NCBI GenBank assembly: GCA_025999155.1 | Contig: AP026679.1 | Coordinates: 291,996-355,995, forward strand | Length of the DNA: 64,000 nt | Source: Candidatus Dojkabacteria bacterium | GTDB lineage: Bacteria; Patescibacteriota; Dojkabacteria; JAOAGR01 | Direction: 5' to 3' | In this document: positions 10,440-20,699 of the stretch, piece by piece | Numbering within the stretch: position 1 is the stretch's first letter | How the letters are laid out: every line of letters begins with the position of its first letter | Program-made: the position numbers and the translations under genes | The notes under the pieces: generated by a model | The model's input: the letters and a program-made list of their open reading frames with translations, nothing else | Told to the model about the DNA's origin: nothing | Database searches by the model: none

Positions 10440-12044
10440 TTACTCTGATCTTAAAGCATTTACTACATTGTTTCTAGAGGAAATTAGCACTGGAAATAAT
10501 CCTGCTAAAAATCCCATAGACATCAATATAATAAAGAATACTGTTACTTCTACAATCGGGAACCCTACAAAAACAAATAAAGGTTTACTTACTGAAACCT
10601 GAGACGAACCAGCTGCAAGCAAATAATAAATAGTATCACCAAAAAGTAAAGATAAAACTATATTAATTGCAACTGCTAGCACCAGCCCAGCAATAAAACC
10701 CCCTGCCAAAACGATAAATATATAAGACATAAATATTTTTACAATGTCAATTTTTTGAGCACCTATAGCTCGAAAAATTCCTATTTCTTTTTTACTATCT
10801 GCTAGTATCTTGAAGACATTCATATTTACAAAAGCTATTGCAACTATTAGCAGTAATGAGGTTACACATATAACTAAATATTGTATGGAATTCAATATAT
10901 CTTCAAAGTACTCTTTTACACTTTTTAAAGGATAAACATAATAGTGAAAACTCAAGTTATCTATAGTTTCATTCGAGAAACCGTTATCTGAAGCTGTAAA
11001 AGATTCCTCATTTGAAGCAGGCGGAGCAAAACATCTCACACCATCACTGTCACACCTTCCGTTAGGGCTCAATACATTTTTGTTTTGTAAATTTGTCATA
11101 TCATCAACAAAAACATCTCGTTTTTTTGCACTATCAAACTCAACAATGTAAACAATATCTTGTTTTTTAGCTTGACTAAATAAGGTACCTATTTGTGTAT
11201 TCACTGATAGAGCCCATTCTGGGATAATAGCACCTACCGTACCCCACGTACTATAATTAAGTCCAAAAAGATCATTACCAATTTGAAATGGTTGTATGCT
11301 GCCAGCATAACCAACAATTAAACCCTGAAAAGATAAAACTTCAGAACCATTTAAACCGACAGAAACTGTAACTTCCTGCCCTATATATTTATAAAGCTTT
11401 TTATGTATATCACCCAACTTTTCACTGAACCTTGTATCAAATGATTCGAAACTTCTATCTTGCATGAAAAAATTTTGCAGCTCATTATTCAACAACATAG
11501 CATCAGCGTATGCTGGATTAAGAAGAATGGGAACTCTACCATTATATAGATTCTCAAACGAATAACCTCCCAAAACCGACTCTTTACTCAAATAAGGGTC
11601 AATAGATACGATACTATAATTATTTTCCACTGACGATTGTCTATTGTTATTTAAATCACCTTTCCCTTCAAAATCTTTCAGCATAACGGTTGGACCAACA
11701 AGTACAGTCTTTTTGTATATACCCTTAATTTTATACTTATCACCATACATAGACTTAAATTCTGGTACACTTGGAATAGATAACGGTATATGAATGTTTT
11801 CAGCAAGATCTGTACTTTTTATCTCCCCTACTACCGACATAGACCAATTAATTGCTGCAAAATACGTCTGATATCGATCAGGGTATGCTTCCCACAGTAT
11901 ACTGCGAATTGAACTAACTCCTATTAGAAATATCAAAATCGATACAACACCAAATGCAAACATAACCATAGAAAGAACACTGCGCACCTTGCGAGCTTTA
12001 AACTTAATCAAACCCAGCCTTAATGAGTCTTGTATCGTTATCAT
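10440..12044 (-). CDS. ABC transporter permease, FtsX/MacB-like with a large extracytoplasmic domain
   Basis: N-terminal TM, about 330-aa external domain, C-terminal FtsX-type 3-TM bundle (FRAIGAQKIDIVKIF...). Confidence 0.8.
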   Translation of the reverse strand: MITIQDSLRLGLIKFKARKVRSVLSMVMFAFGVVSILIFLIGVSSIRSILWEAYPDRYQTYFAAINWSMSVVGEIKSTDLAENIHIPLSIPSVPEFKSMYGDKYKIKGIYKKTVLVGPTVMLKDFEGKGDLNNNRQSSVENNYSIVSIDPYLSKESVLGGYSFENLYNGRVPILLNPAYADAMLLNNELQNFFMQDRSFESFDTRFSEKLGDIHKKLYKYIGQEVTVSVGLNGSEVLSFQGLIVGYAGSIQPFQIGNDLFGLNYSTWGTVGAIIPEWALSVNTQIGTLFSQAKKQDIVYIVEFDSAKKRDVFVDDMTNLQNKNVLSPNGRCDSDGVRCFAPPASNEESFTASDNGFSNETIDNLSFHYYVYPLKSVKEYFEDILNSIQYLVICVTSLLLIVAIAFVNMNVFKILADSKKEIGIFRAIGAQKIDIVKIFMSYIFIVLAGGFIAGLVLAVAINIVLSLLFGDTIYYLLAAGSSQVSVSKPLFVFVGFPIVEVTVFFIILMSMGFLAGLFPVLISSRNNVVNALRSE

Positions 12045-12082
12045 AATATTAGTCCAATCTTTCTTAACACTTTTATTCTTAA

Positions 12083-12886
12083 CTATACGATTTTTCCATC
12101 TGATATTTCAATAACCCTATGAGCGTGTTTTGCTACATTCAAATCATGGGTAACAATAACCATAGTGGTATGCAAATTCGCATTGATTTGTTTAAGCAAA
12201 TTAATAATCTCAGTACCAGTATTCATATCGAGATTTCCAGTTGGTTCATCAGCTAAAATGATTTTTGGGCTGTTTACAAGGGCCCTCGCTATAGCAACTC
12301 TCTGCACTTGTCCCCCACTTAATTGGTTAGGTAAGTACGAAATACGAGCAGACAAACCAACTTGCTCTAATACTCGACGAGCTTTCTGCGAGCGTACAGC
12401 ACGAGATTCACCTCTAAATACTAAAGGAATTTCCACATTTTCTTGTGCTGTTAAATAAGGTTGCAGATAGAAAAATTGAAAAACAAAACCAATGGTCTGG
12501 TTCCTAAACACTGATAATTCGTTATCATTGAGACCACCTAAATTACGACCATCTACAATCACATCTCCCGAATCTGGTTGATCTAAACCCCCTATCAGAT
12601 TGAGCAGTGTACTTTTCCCACTACCGCTTGGTCCTACCAAAGCAACAATTTCACCAGTATAAATATTTAGATTTATGTTTTGTAGCACGACGACTTCCTG
12701 CTTGATCTTGCCATATTTTTTGTAAACAGATCTCAACTCTATGATCTTGGAAACATTATTTTGCTCCTGATCAACTGTATCAGAAAATTTTGGTTCTACT
12801 ACATGATTGGAATTACACCGACCGAGTTGGTCTGAATCAGACGAGAACATATATCCGATTTTAGTATAGTCATATGGGTATATCAA
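12083..12886 (-). CDS. ABC transporter ATP-binding protein (MacB/LolD type) with a roughly 45-aa N-terminal extension
   Basis: Walker A GPSGSGKST, signature LSGGQVQRVAIARAL, Walker B ILADEPTGNLD. Confidence 0.85.
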   Translation of the reverse strand: MIYPYDYTKIGYMFSSDSDQLGRCNSNHVVEPKFSDTVDQEQNNVSKIIELRSVYKKYGKIKQEVVVLQNINLNIYTGEIVALVGPSGSGKSTLLNLIGGLDQPDSGDVIVDGRNLGGLNDNELSVFRNQTIGFVFQFFYLQPYLTAQENVEIPLVFRGESRAVRSQKARRVLEQVGLSARISYLPNQLSGGQVQRVAIARALVNSPKIILADEPTGNLDMNTGTEIINLLKQINANLHTTMVIVTHDLNVAKHAHRVIEISDGKIV

Positions 12887-13010
12887 TATTCAAGAGTTCT
12901 GACTTTCCTATTAGTTACATAGCCAAAGAACACATTCGATAATTTTTTATTTTCTGTACATTTTTGATGAGTTTCGGAAGACCTGAAAAAGATCTATTTT
13001 AAAGTACTTT

Positions 13011-13084
13011 TGGCTTCTCCGCTAGGATTCGAACCTAGACCTGGTGATTAACAGTCACCCACGCTACCATTACGCCACAGAGAA
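13011..13084 (-). tRNA. tRNA-Asn (GTT)
   Basis: minus-strand cloverleaf by hand folding: acceptor TTCTCTG/CGGAGAA, anticodon loop CT-GTT-AA, T-loop GGTTCGAATCC, CCA encoded. Confidence 0.8.
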
Positions 13085-13378
13085 ATAAAAAATCTCCCTC
13101 GATTACGAGGGAGATTTTCTTTAAACCCAAATAACAATCCCCCTCAGACCGAGGAATTAAGATTATTATTTGAGTTTAGATTGAATAACACCATTTTTTG
13201 ATTTATGAATTTATTTATATTTACACCAACAGTTTATATCATCCTTACAACATAGTCAAGTATTGAATTAGGAAAAAAGTAAAGCAATAACTAAAGGTAT
13301 TGGGATTGTCTGAGAAGAAATTAATTTTAGAATAAAAACAAATAAAGACAAAACAGACACATAATGTCATCTATTTAT

Positions 13379-13812
13379 TGGTGGAGATGGCGGGAATCGA
13401 ACCCGCGTCCGAAAAGTTCTTAAACAAACATCTACAAGCTTAGTAGGTTTCATATGTAGCTTTTGTCTTTAAAACCTACAAAATGACAAAGGCTTTTGGC
13501 CTTTAACTTGATCAAGACTGCCGGCCCGCAACCTTGACGGTCAACTTAGAAGTAAAGATCAATAGTAAGCTACGTTGACCTGCTCACTTACTACTCTACC
13601 CGAACAACTACTCTTCGTAGTGTCCGGAAGTTAGGCAGCTAATTGCACAACTTGTTGTGGGGTAATTGCACTAATTATAGATCTACCTAACTCGCTTAAT
13701 TTATTTTCTGCACTTTTTGATGAGCGATATTCTAGTACGTGTCATCGCCAAACACGACTTGCAGTTTGTTCAAGAACATCCCGTCAAGTCCAATACATCC
13801 CCATATAACGTC
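13379..13812 (-). ncRNA. ssrA: tmRNA (ssrA)
   Basis: 5' end GGGGAUGUAUUGGACUUGACGGGAU matches the tmRNA 5' consensus; 3' end UUUCGGACGCGGGUUCGAUUCCCGCCAUCUCCACCA is near-identical to the E. coli tmRNA 3' end; internal tag reading frame ends ...VVQLAA-UAA. Confidence 0.8.
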
Positions 13813-14199
13813 AAGTAACCATACTTAACGTAATTAAGTATACCATACCTGACCGAATCTGAGTCAAGTATACCGTAATTTGCTGAGTTCATTACAAATA
13901 TTTCTCTCCATCTAACATATTCAGATATCTAATTCATTCAAAGATCCAAAGATCACGCCCATATTCATAAGGCTTTTAATATTCGAAAGCTTAAAATAGT
14001 TATTAAAACAATTCAAAGATCACTCTCAACCTATAGAATTAAACAGACAAAGGATTATTTATAGTTTTCCACATCACAGAAGGAAGACCAACAAAGCGAG
14101 TTATATATTAATATATGAGGATTTTTGTTAATTAATGTTTTATAGGACTTGACACGTATCGTATATGGGATATAATCATATCGCAATATAGGATTAGGG

Positions 14200-14370
14200 T
14201 ACCAACCGGACCCAAAACCCCCAAGTCTGGTTCGGTAAAAGAAGCCTACTGGACTTTGGGGTGTTGGGTTCGAGACTGACCTAGAATATCGATTCAAATG
14301 TTGGAATCTCATAAATGGGAATTCGGCATTGGGGTCGGTTGGGGCAGTACCGATCCCTTTTTGATTTTTT
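14200..14370 (+). ncRNA. candidate structured ncRNA (identity unknown) ending in an intrinsic terminator
   Basis: local GC-rich island in a gene-free AT-rich spacer; stems CCCCAAGUC/GACUUUGGGG and GGGGUCGGU/ACCGAUCCC; the only overlapping ORFs are implausible. Confidence 0.3.
14331..14368 (+). terminator. Rho-independent terminator (9-bp GC stem, 9-nt loop, T-tract)
   Basis: GGGGTCGGT-TGGGGCAGT-ACCGATCCC followed by TTTTTGATTTTTT. Confidence 0.5.
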
Positions 14371-14824
14371 AATTGTCTCTATTTTAATCAGCTTATTACA
14401 CAAGCAGCAGGAATTAATCGAAAAATCTCAAATTACCATAACATACTTTGATCACTACCTTGCAGATACTGAAACAAATTACAGTAGCTTTAATGTTGAC
14501 TTTAGAGTGTACAAAGTCTCAACTAGCATAAAGCCAGATAAATAGAAAAAGTTTTTAAAATAATCGTACGCGAAACTTATCGACTATCGATAAAAAACTA
14601 TTAGCTTCGTAAGACACGGCCCAGACAACAAAGCATGTATTCAAGCATCTACCAGCAAAGGGTCGCTCCATCCAATCAGCAAAATGTTAAAGACAAAATA
14701 TTACAATATTTCAACTATTTGTTTGCGTGATTCTTTACGGTAATTCTGCATTCCTCATGGCAAAAGAGAAAATGTCGTCAGACATACGCAAATTACTGTA
14801 ATAGCAACTCAAGAATAAATAGAT

Positions 14825-16060
14825 CTATACCAAATACCTATATAGCATGTCATTACTATCAATTTTGAAGTATCTGAATCCTGATTTATTTAATCCTTCA
14901 ATAAAAGAATTATAATCTTCCTTATTATGTAATTCGATTCCTACAAGTGCTGGTCCAAATTCTTTATTTGTTTTTTTAAGATATTCAAATCTTACTATAT
15001 CAAAGTTGACACCTACAGTATCCAAAAACAATTTTAACTGGCCTGGTTTTTGAGCAAACTCAATGATGAAATAATGCTTTAAACCTTCGTAAATCAGACT
15101 TCTCTCCATGATTTCAGGATAGCGAGAGATATCATTATTTCCCCCACTGATTATACACACGACATTTTTACCCTGTGTATCACTTTCCACTGAATCTAAA
15201 GCAGCAACAGCCAATGCCCCAGCAGGCTCAGCAATTATCCCTTCTTCTTGGTACAACTCTATCATCGACGTACAGACCTTACCTTCAGGGACAACGAAAA
15301 CTTTGTCCACTTTTTCTTTTATAATATTAAATGTAATAGTACCTATTTTTTTTATGGCAGCACCATCAATAAATGTGTCAATATTAGTTAATTCTACCGG
15401 ATGACCCACATTAAGAGCTTCTACAGCTTTTGGAGCCCCCGCTGGATCGACTCCAAAAACCTTAATCCCCGAAATAACAGACTTAGCATAAGTAGAAATA
15501 CCAGAAATCAACCCTCCACCGCCTATTGGAACAATGATGATATCGGTATCAGGTAAATCCTCCAAAATTTCAATACCCACAGTCCCTTGGCCAGCAATAG
15601 TCCTTTCGTCATCGAATGGGTGTACATAAACTAGACCATCATCTTCAGCTCTTCTTTTTGAAGCTTGAAATGCCTCGTCAAAAGTTCTGCCAACTAATTC
15701 AATGTGTACAAATTGTCCTCCAAACTTTTTAACTTTATTAATCTTTTGGACAGGAGTAACCTCCGGCATGTAGACAATTCCTCGTATCCCCAAAGATGCA
15801 CATGCATAAGCAAAACCTTGAGCATGATTTCCGGCACTAGCACAAATAACTCCCCTACTTTTTTCTTCTTCTGAGAGTGAACTGATAAGATTATAAGCAC
15901 CACGAATTTTATACGAACGCACAGTTTGTAAATCCTCTCTTTTAAGATAAATTTTGGCTTTGTATTTATTTGATAACCTTGCTGAATATTGCAGCGGGGC
16001 ATGATTCACTACATTTTTTATGTTTTGATAGGCTTTTTGAATGGTCTCTGCGGTCAACAT
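14825..16060 (-). CDS. ilvA: threonine dehydratase (threonine ammonia-lyase), PLP-dependent, single ACT-like C-terminal domain
   Basis: PLP-lysine region YLKREDLQTVRSYKIRGAYN, GNHAQG motif, GGGGLISG; C-terminal regulatory domain. Confidence 0.85.
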   Translation of the reverse strand: MLTAETIQKAYQNIKNVVNHAPLQYSARLSNKYKAKIYLKREDLQTVRSYKIRGAYNLISSLSEEEKSRGVICASAGNHAQGFAYACASLGIRGIVYMPEVTPVQKINKVKKFGGQFVHIELVGRTFDEAFQASKRRAEDDGLVYVHPFDDERTIAGQGTVGIEILEDLPDTDIIIVPIGGGGLISGISTYAKSVISGIKVFGVDPAGAPKAVEALNVGHPVELTNIDTFIDGAAIKKIGTITFNIIKEKVDKVFVVPEGKVCTSMIELYQEEGIIAEPAGALAVAALDSVESDTQGKNVVCIISGGNNDISRYPEIMERSLIYEGLKHYFIIEFAQKPGQLKLFLDTVGVNFDIVRFEYLKKTNKEFGPALVGIELHNKEDYNSFIEGLNKSGFRYFKIDSNDMLYRYLV

Positions 16061-16066
16061 AAAAAT

Positions 16067-16447
16067 TTATTTATAAGCTATACATGCAATTTCTATTTTT
16101 GCATTTTTTGGTAGGCTCGACACTACCACGGTAAATCTTGCAGGTTTTACACCTGCATCAAAATATTGTGCATACACTTCATTAAACAAAACAAAATCAT
16201 CTAGATTAACTAGAAACACCTGCATTTGCAGAACTTTATCAAGTGCAGAACCGGCAGCCTCTAAAATATTTCGTATATTTGTAATGACTTGCTGAGTTTG
16301 TAATTGGATATCATCACTGATCAGATCACCCGTTTGGTAATTTATACCAATCTGCCCGGAACAGAAAATCAGATTTCCGTACTCTACAGCTTGTGAATAG
16401 GGCCCTATTGCTTGAGGCGCCAATTGAGTTTTAATTTCCTTTTTCAT
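16067..16447 (-). CDS. ridA: RidA family reactive enamine/imine deaminase (YjgF/TdcF)
   Basis: 126 aa, APQAIGPYSQAV...RFTVVVSSLPKNAKIEI typical of RidA. Confidence 0.85.
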   Translation of the reverse strand: MKKEIKTQLAPQAIGPYSQAVEYGNLIFCSGQIGINYQTGDLISDDIQLQTQQVITNIRNILEAAGSALDKVLQMQVFLVNLDDFVLFNEVYAQYFDAGVKPARFTVVVSSLPKNAKIEIACIAYK

Positions 16448-16575
16448 GGATAGACTTTACTACTTTAGTCTTTGTTTGACAATTTTGTAAAATTTCACTC
16501 CCAAAAAAGTACTAAGATAGTTTGAATAAAAAGCTAGATTTTGGTACACTCACCTTAGTAATGTAATCAAAGTAA

Positions 16576-16651
16576 GCCAGAGTAGCTCAGTCGGTAGAGC
16601 AGCGGTTTTGTAAACCGCGGGTCGTGGGTTCAAGTCCCACCTTTGGCTCCA
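16576..16651 (+). tRNA. tRNA-Thr (TGT)
   Basis: acceptor GCCAGAG/CTTTGGC, D-arm TAGCTCAGTCGGTAGAGC, anticodon loop TT-TGT-AA, T-loop GGTTCAAGTCC, CCA encoded. Confidence 0.85.
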
Positions 16652-17694
16652 CTACAAAAATTTTTATGTTTTTCACTATTTATTTCTTTTGTGTATTAGA
16701 TTTAAGACACAATATATCACGAATATCAGACTAATCTGTAGTTTTTGAAATTTTGATGACATCCGTACAAAAATTTTATATCAATACTGCTCGCTGATAA
16801 ATCCAATTGAACAAGGGTATTTTCGGAAACATAGAATAATCACAGCTAAGGATAGAAAATGTTATATTAATAATCTTTATCCAGATACTGTACATTGAAT
16901 TTAAACATATCTCTTGATTCTGAGTAAATACGGAGGCTTACTTATTCTCTAATACATGAATAATATTGACGAATCAAAAATAAGGTATAGCCAATTGATG
17001 ATACTAGTAAAATTTTTATTCGGATACATAATTCCGATCGTTTTGATTAGCTGAATTCTCATAAGTGACCAATATTCTGTCGAATAGCCGGACATAAGTT
17101 TATTATTGATCCCTTAACAGGAGGATCATTTATGTTAAAAAAAAATTATTAGAAAAATTAAAAGTATGAATATGTTTATTTAAGCAAAATACTTACATTA
17201 TAGAAAATACCAACAAACATATGAATTTAAAGTACAAATAATAAAGCTTATATTCTTTAGTTTTGCCAGTCTTCCGGAAAAATGAGTATTAAAATGTAGA
17301 ATTTTATTCAGTTTATAACATAGATCAATGCTTAAAACATGTGACCACAGATCCCAAAATAAACAACGAAAAATCAGGACTTTAAAACATCAACACCAAA
17401 AACAGGCACAAGATATTTCTTACATTTTATAAAATACTATTAATAGGCTGCAGTTTATATTCTGCTTACATCTCTATATTTAATTTTTAGGAGAAAACTC
17501 GCTAATCGACTTACAGCCCTAAAAATTCTATATTAGAAATGTCCTAGTTCAGATAGACTTAAGCCATCCAAACGCTCCTAGATAATATTCAATGATACAA
17601 GATTATTATTATTTATATAATTATATCAACCCTAAACGTAACTAGGACGACCTTCTACAGACAAATAACCTAATTATAAGGATAAGCGGACTAC

Positions 17695-18912
17695 CTAATC
17701 AGCTTTATACACGAAAGTCAATGCCCTATTTAGAACCTCTTCACGTTTCGAGGGGTCACCGTACTCGTCTAGATCAGAAGGTTTATCAGTATATTTAAAC
17801 TCAATACGACCATCAGGGTAAACAACAGTATCACCTTCGAATATAAATATTTCCCTTCCGACCATGTCTTGACTTAATATGGTCTCTATACTTCCGTCAT
17901 CTAGATTAACTCTCAGAACCGATTGTGAATATGCTGGAGGTTCAAACGACTCACCATGAAGAATAACATAATTTTCCCCTCTATAAACGGCAGAACCAAA
18001 AGTCCTGACGAGTTCGACATTACTACCGTTAATCCTGTACAGACTAGGACCAATGAAACCTCTACCTAGGCCATTAGCATCTGAAGCTGTGATAAAATAA
18101 TTATCACCAAACTCAATAATACCCTCGAAGGAAGTAAGTTTACGGCCATCATATATTTTGTACGTTTTGCCATTGATCAAATGATAGCCGGTCACCTCAG
18201 CCCATGGATCATTCTCTTGACGCTGACAATCTATAGGATTCTTATCTAGTATTGTATAAGCTAAATCATTTTTCTTATTCACGGCAATATAAGCTATAAA
18301 ATTCTCGCGTTGTGGAGCAGTATATACAACACTAACATTCTTATTTGTGTCCATCATTTTTACTTTATTAGGTTCATCTGTATCAACAAAGTATAATCGC
18401 ATACCATCCATACTAACCACAGGATGTGCAGGCAACCTACGTGGACAGGTATCGGAATTATTTCCCCAATCAAGAAAATTGTACAAAGGATCCATGACTA
18501 ACTCACTACCTAACCTATACTCTAACTTAGAGGACTCTTTATTAAAACGAATATTAAATTTACCCGAAACTGGACTCACATCCTTAGACACAAGGTCTGA
18601 CATATATAAAAGGTAATATGGTGGCAGTACAGAATAATCCATACCTGCTGATAAACTAGAATTATTTGTATCGACGGTATTTTGATTAATACTGTTTGAA
18701 GGTACATCTGAAAGGTTTTTACCAGAACCAGAATATGCTAAATATACTAGTACAATAGCTACAACAAACAATACTCCTAATGTAATAGCTAGAAATTTCT
18801 TATTCTGAAGTATACTCGAGTAATCTGAATCAACAGTATTTAGATTAGTAGCTTCGCTATTACTGGATTGATTTAATTTACTGGATTGATTTAATTCTTT
18901 TTCATTTGACAT
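17695..18912 (-). CDS. membrane-anchored surface protein, beta-propeller-like ectodomain (DUF5050/TolB-like blades), paralog A
   Basis: S/N-rich N-terminus, one TM helix, then repeated ..LYRINGSN.E.. / RLYFVDTDEPNKVKMMDTNKNVSVVY blade-like motifs; two paralogs in the window. Confidence 0.6.
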   Translation of the reverse strand: MSNEKELNQSSKLNQSSNSEATNLNTVDSDYSSILQNKKFLAITLGVLFVVAIVLVYLAYSGSGKNLSDVPSNSINQNTVDTNNSSLSAGMDYSVLPPYYLLYMSDLVSKDVSPVSGKFNIRFNKESSKLEYRLGSELVMDPLYNFLDWGNNSDTCPRRLPAHPVVSMDGMRLYFVDTDEPNKVKMMDTNKNVSVVYTAPQRENFIAYIAVNKKNDLAYTILDKNPIDCQRQENDPWAEVTGYHLINGKTYKIYDGRKLTSFEGIIEFGDNYFITASDANGLGRGFIGPSLYRINGSNVELVRTFGSAVYRGENYVILHGESFEPPAYSQSVLRVNLDDGSIETILSQDMVGREIFIFEGDTVVYPDGRIEFKYTDKPSDLDEYGDPSKREEVLNRALTFVYKAD

Positions 18913-19287
18913 GTTTTATTGTATATTAATTGTAGGCATGCTGTAAACTGCTGTCAATGTAAAGACAGAAAACATCAAAAAATATAAGATTTCCATTTTT
19001 TGTTAACTATTGATTAGAAGTACTGCAATTTTTTATTTTATATGTAGTAAAATAAAATTTTTTATCTCACCCACCAGGACAACTGTGATAAGACTTATAC
19101 TCTAAATAGTTTAATCATCCACTAGGAAGATAAAATTGATATATCGATATATGTAATAACAGGTCATCGTGCTAGTAAGTTCAAAAGTGATGGATTAATC
19201 TAAATGCTTAGATGCAGAAATTTTTATATAAAGACATTATCTAATATAGTGTACTAGAAAATTACTCACAATAATCTACATCAAATA

Positions 19288-19992
19288 TTATTTTTGTTTT
19301 TGTAAGACAAACAAAATGTCCTCAAAGTTTCTTTCTCGGATTAGTCTTCGATGTAAATTAACTACAAAATCAAGTAGCTTTAGACTAAAAACATAATATG
19401 AAGGATCTGATAAAAATTTTAGATCAACAATATCAAAACCGTACTTGCTTGAATAGTTTCTGATTGATACACCATCATTTAATTTATAGTAGACAGGATA
19501 AGTATCTTGTTCATCTCTTCCCCATACCAGCTTTACTATTTTTTTATGAAATATATTTGGGATCAATCTGCTAATTGTTGTGACAATTGAATATTTATTT
19601 GGAGTAATAGAAATGAAATAACCTCCTTTTTTCAAAACCCTTACCAGGTGTCTAAACATAAAATCGGGATCATTGATGTGTTCCATCACCCAACTACTGA
19701 CTACTATGTCAACACTTTCTTCTTCTAACAACTCTAATTTATCAAAAGTCCCGATGATTTTTGTATTTACAACTTTATTTGCTTCTATTGCGGCAGCATC
19801 AGGATCAAGCCCAATGACTTCTCCAGCCTGAGTATAGGCATCTATCATAAACTCCGACCTACCACATCCGATTTCTAGGACACGCTCTCCACCCTTTATA
19901 TAGTTTATTACTGTAAATTTATATACATCGGCAGGAATAGAAAAGTCAGTATATCGACTTTTGATAATATGCTGAATATCGTGAATATACAT
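19288..19992 (-). CDS. class I SAM-dependent methyltransferase
   Basis: motif I VLEIGCG, post-I acidic GLD, motif II/III region (VDIVVSS...LKKGGYF). Confidence 0.7.
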   Translation of the reverse strand: MYIHDIQHIIKSRYTDFSIPADVYKFTVINYIKGGERVLEIGCGRSEFMIDAYTQAGEVIGLDPDAAAIEANKVVNTKIIGTFDKLELLEEESVDIVVSSWVMEHINDPDFMFRHLVRVLKKGGYFISITPNKYSIVTTISRLIPNIFHKKIVKLVWGRDEQDTYPVYYKLNDGVSIRNYSSKYGFDIVDLKFLSDPSYYVFSLKLLDFVVNLHRRLIRERNFEDILFVLQKQK

Positions 19993-20061
19993 CTACTAGT
20001 CCTTATTAAAGAAACAAAGAAAAACTCAATTATGACAAAAACCACAAGAGAAATCGCACAA

Positions 20062-20229
20062 CTACTTCTTTTCAACAAACTCTACATGCTGTCGCACATT
20101 GGGATCATATTTTTTCAAAGTCAACTTACCCTCAGCTTTACGGCTCTTATAGGTATAATACACATAACCCGAAGCAGATACTAATTTAACTAAGTTTTTC
20201 TTCTTTTTTTTGCCTTTTTTACCAGCCAT
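20062..20229 (-). CDS. rpmG: 50S ribosomal protein L33 (Cys-less form), 55 aa; absent from the supplied ORF track (below size cut-off)
   Basis: hand translation MAGKKGKKKKKNLVKLVSASGYVYYTYKSRKAEGKLTLKKYDPNVRQHVEFVEKK; C-terminal LTLKKYDP..R.HV.F.E.K matches the L33 family. Confidence 0.75.
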   Translation of the reverse strand: MAGKKGKKKKKNLVKLVSASGYVYYTYKSRKAEGKLTLKKYDPNVRQHVEFVEKK

Positions 20230-20500
20230 CTGTGTAAACGATACAATTAGTATTATACATGAAAATAAAAGAATAACAAAACACGCTAATTACAACCGAA
20301 ATATATAACCAAAATTACCGCGAATATTCCGTATAAAGTCAATTTTTCAAATCAAGATCTTTTATTAGGTATACTATTATAAAAATATAAAAAAAAACAG
20401 ATTAAACAGATCCACCAAACCTGTGCTGCAAATCTTTTTACACTGACATAGTCAAAAGAACAAATATGTGAATTAGAATAGATTATAAATTACTCCAAAA

Positions 20501-20576
20501 TGGAGCTAGAAGCGGGACTTGAACCCGCGACCCCTTCCTTACCATGGAAGCGCTCTACCAACTGAGCTATTCCAGC
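20501..20576 (-). tRNA. tRNA-Thr (GGT), copy 1
   Basis: acceptor GCTGGAA/TTCTAGC, anticodon loop AT-GGT-AA, T-loop GGTTCAAGTCC, CCA encoded. Confidence 0.85.
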
Positions 20577-20699
20577 ACCACACTGCGCATAAGCTACACC
20601 ACAAACTTCGCATAGACTATCCTCAACAAAACGAAGGAATACAAGACACGTACACCATCTAAAACCCTCACAATGGAATCACCTACCACTAAAAAACCT

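Noticed and set aside
14160-14370. Tested whether the GC-rich element is RNase P RNA, SRP RNA or 6S RNA
   Set aside because: No AGGAAAGUCCGGGCU / ACAGAACCCGGCUUA P4 elements, no GGAAGCAGCCAAGG SRP domain-IV motif, and no obvious 6S central bubble. Identity left open.
14055-14545. Two small ORFs (85 aa minus, 76 aa plus) in the spacer after ssrA
   Set aside because: Their compositions are implausible (RTRLGGFGSGWYPNP...) and they overlap the GC-rich stem-loop and terminator. More likely a non-coding element.
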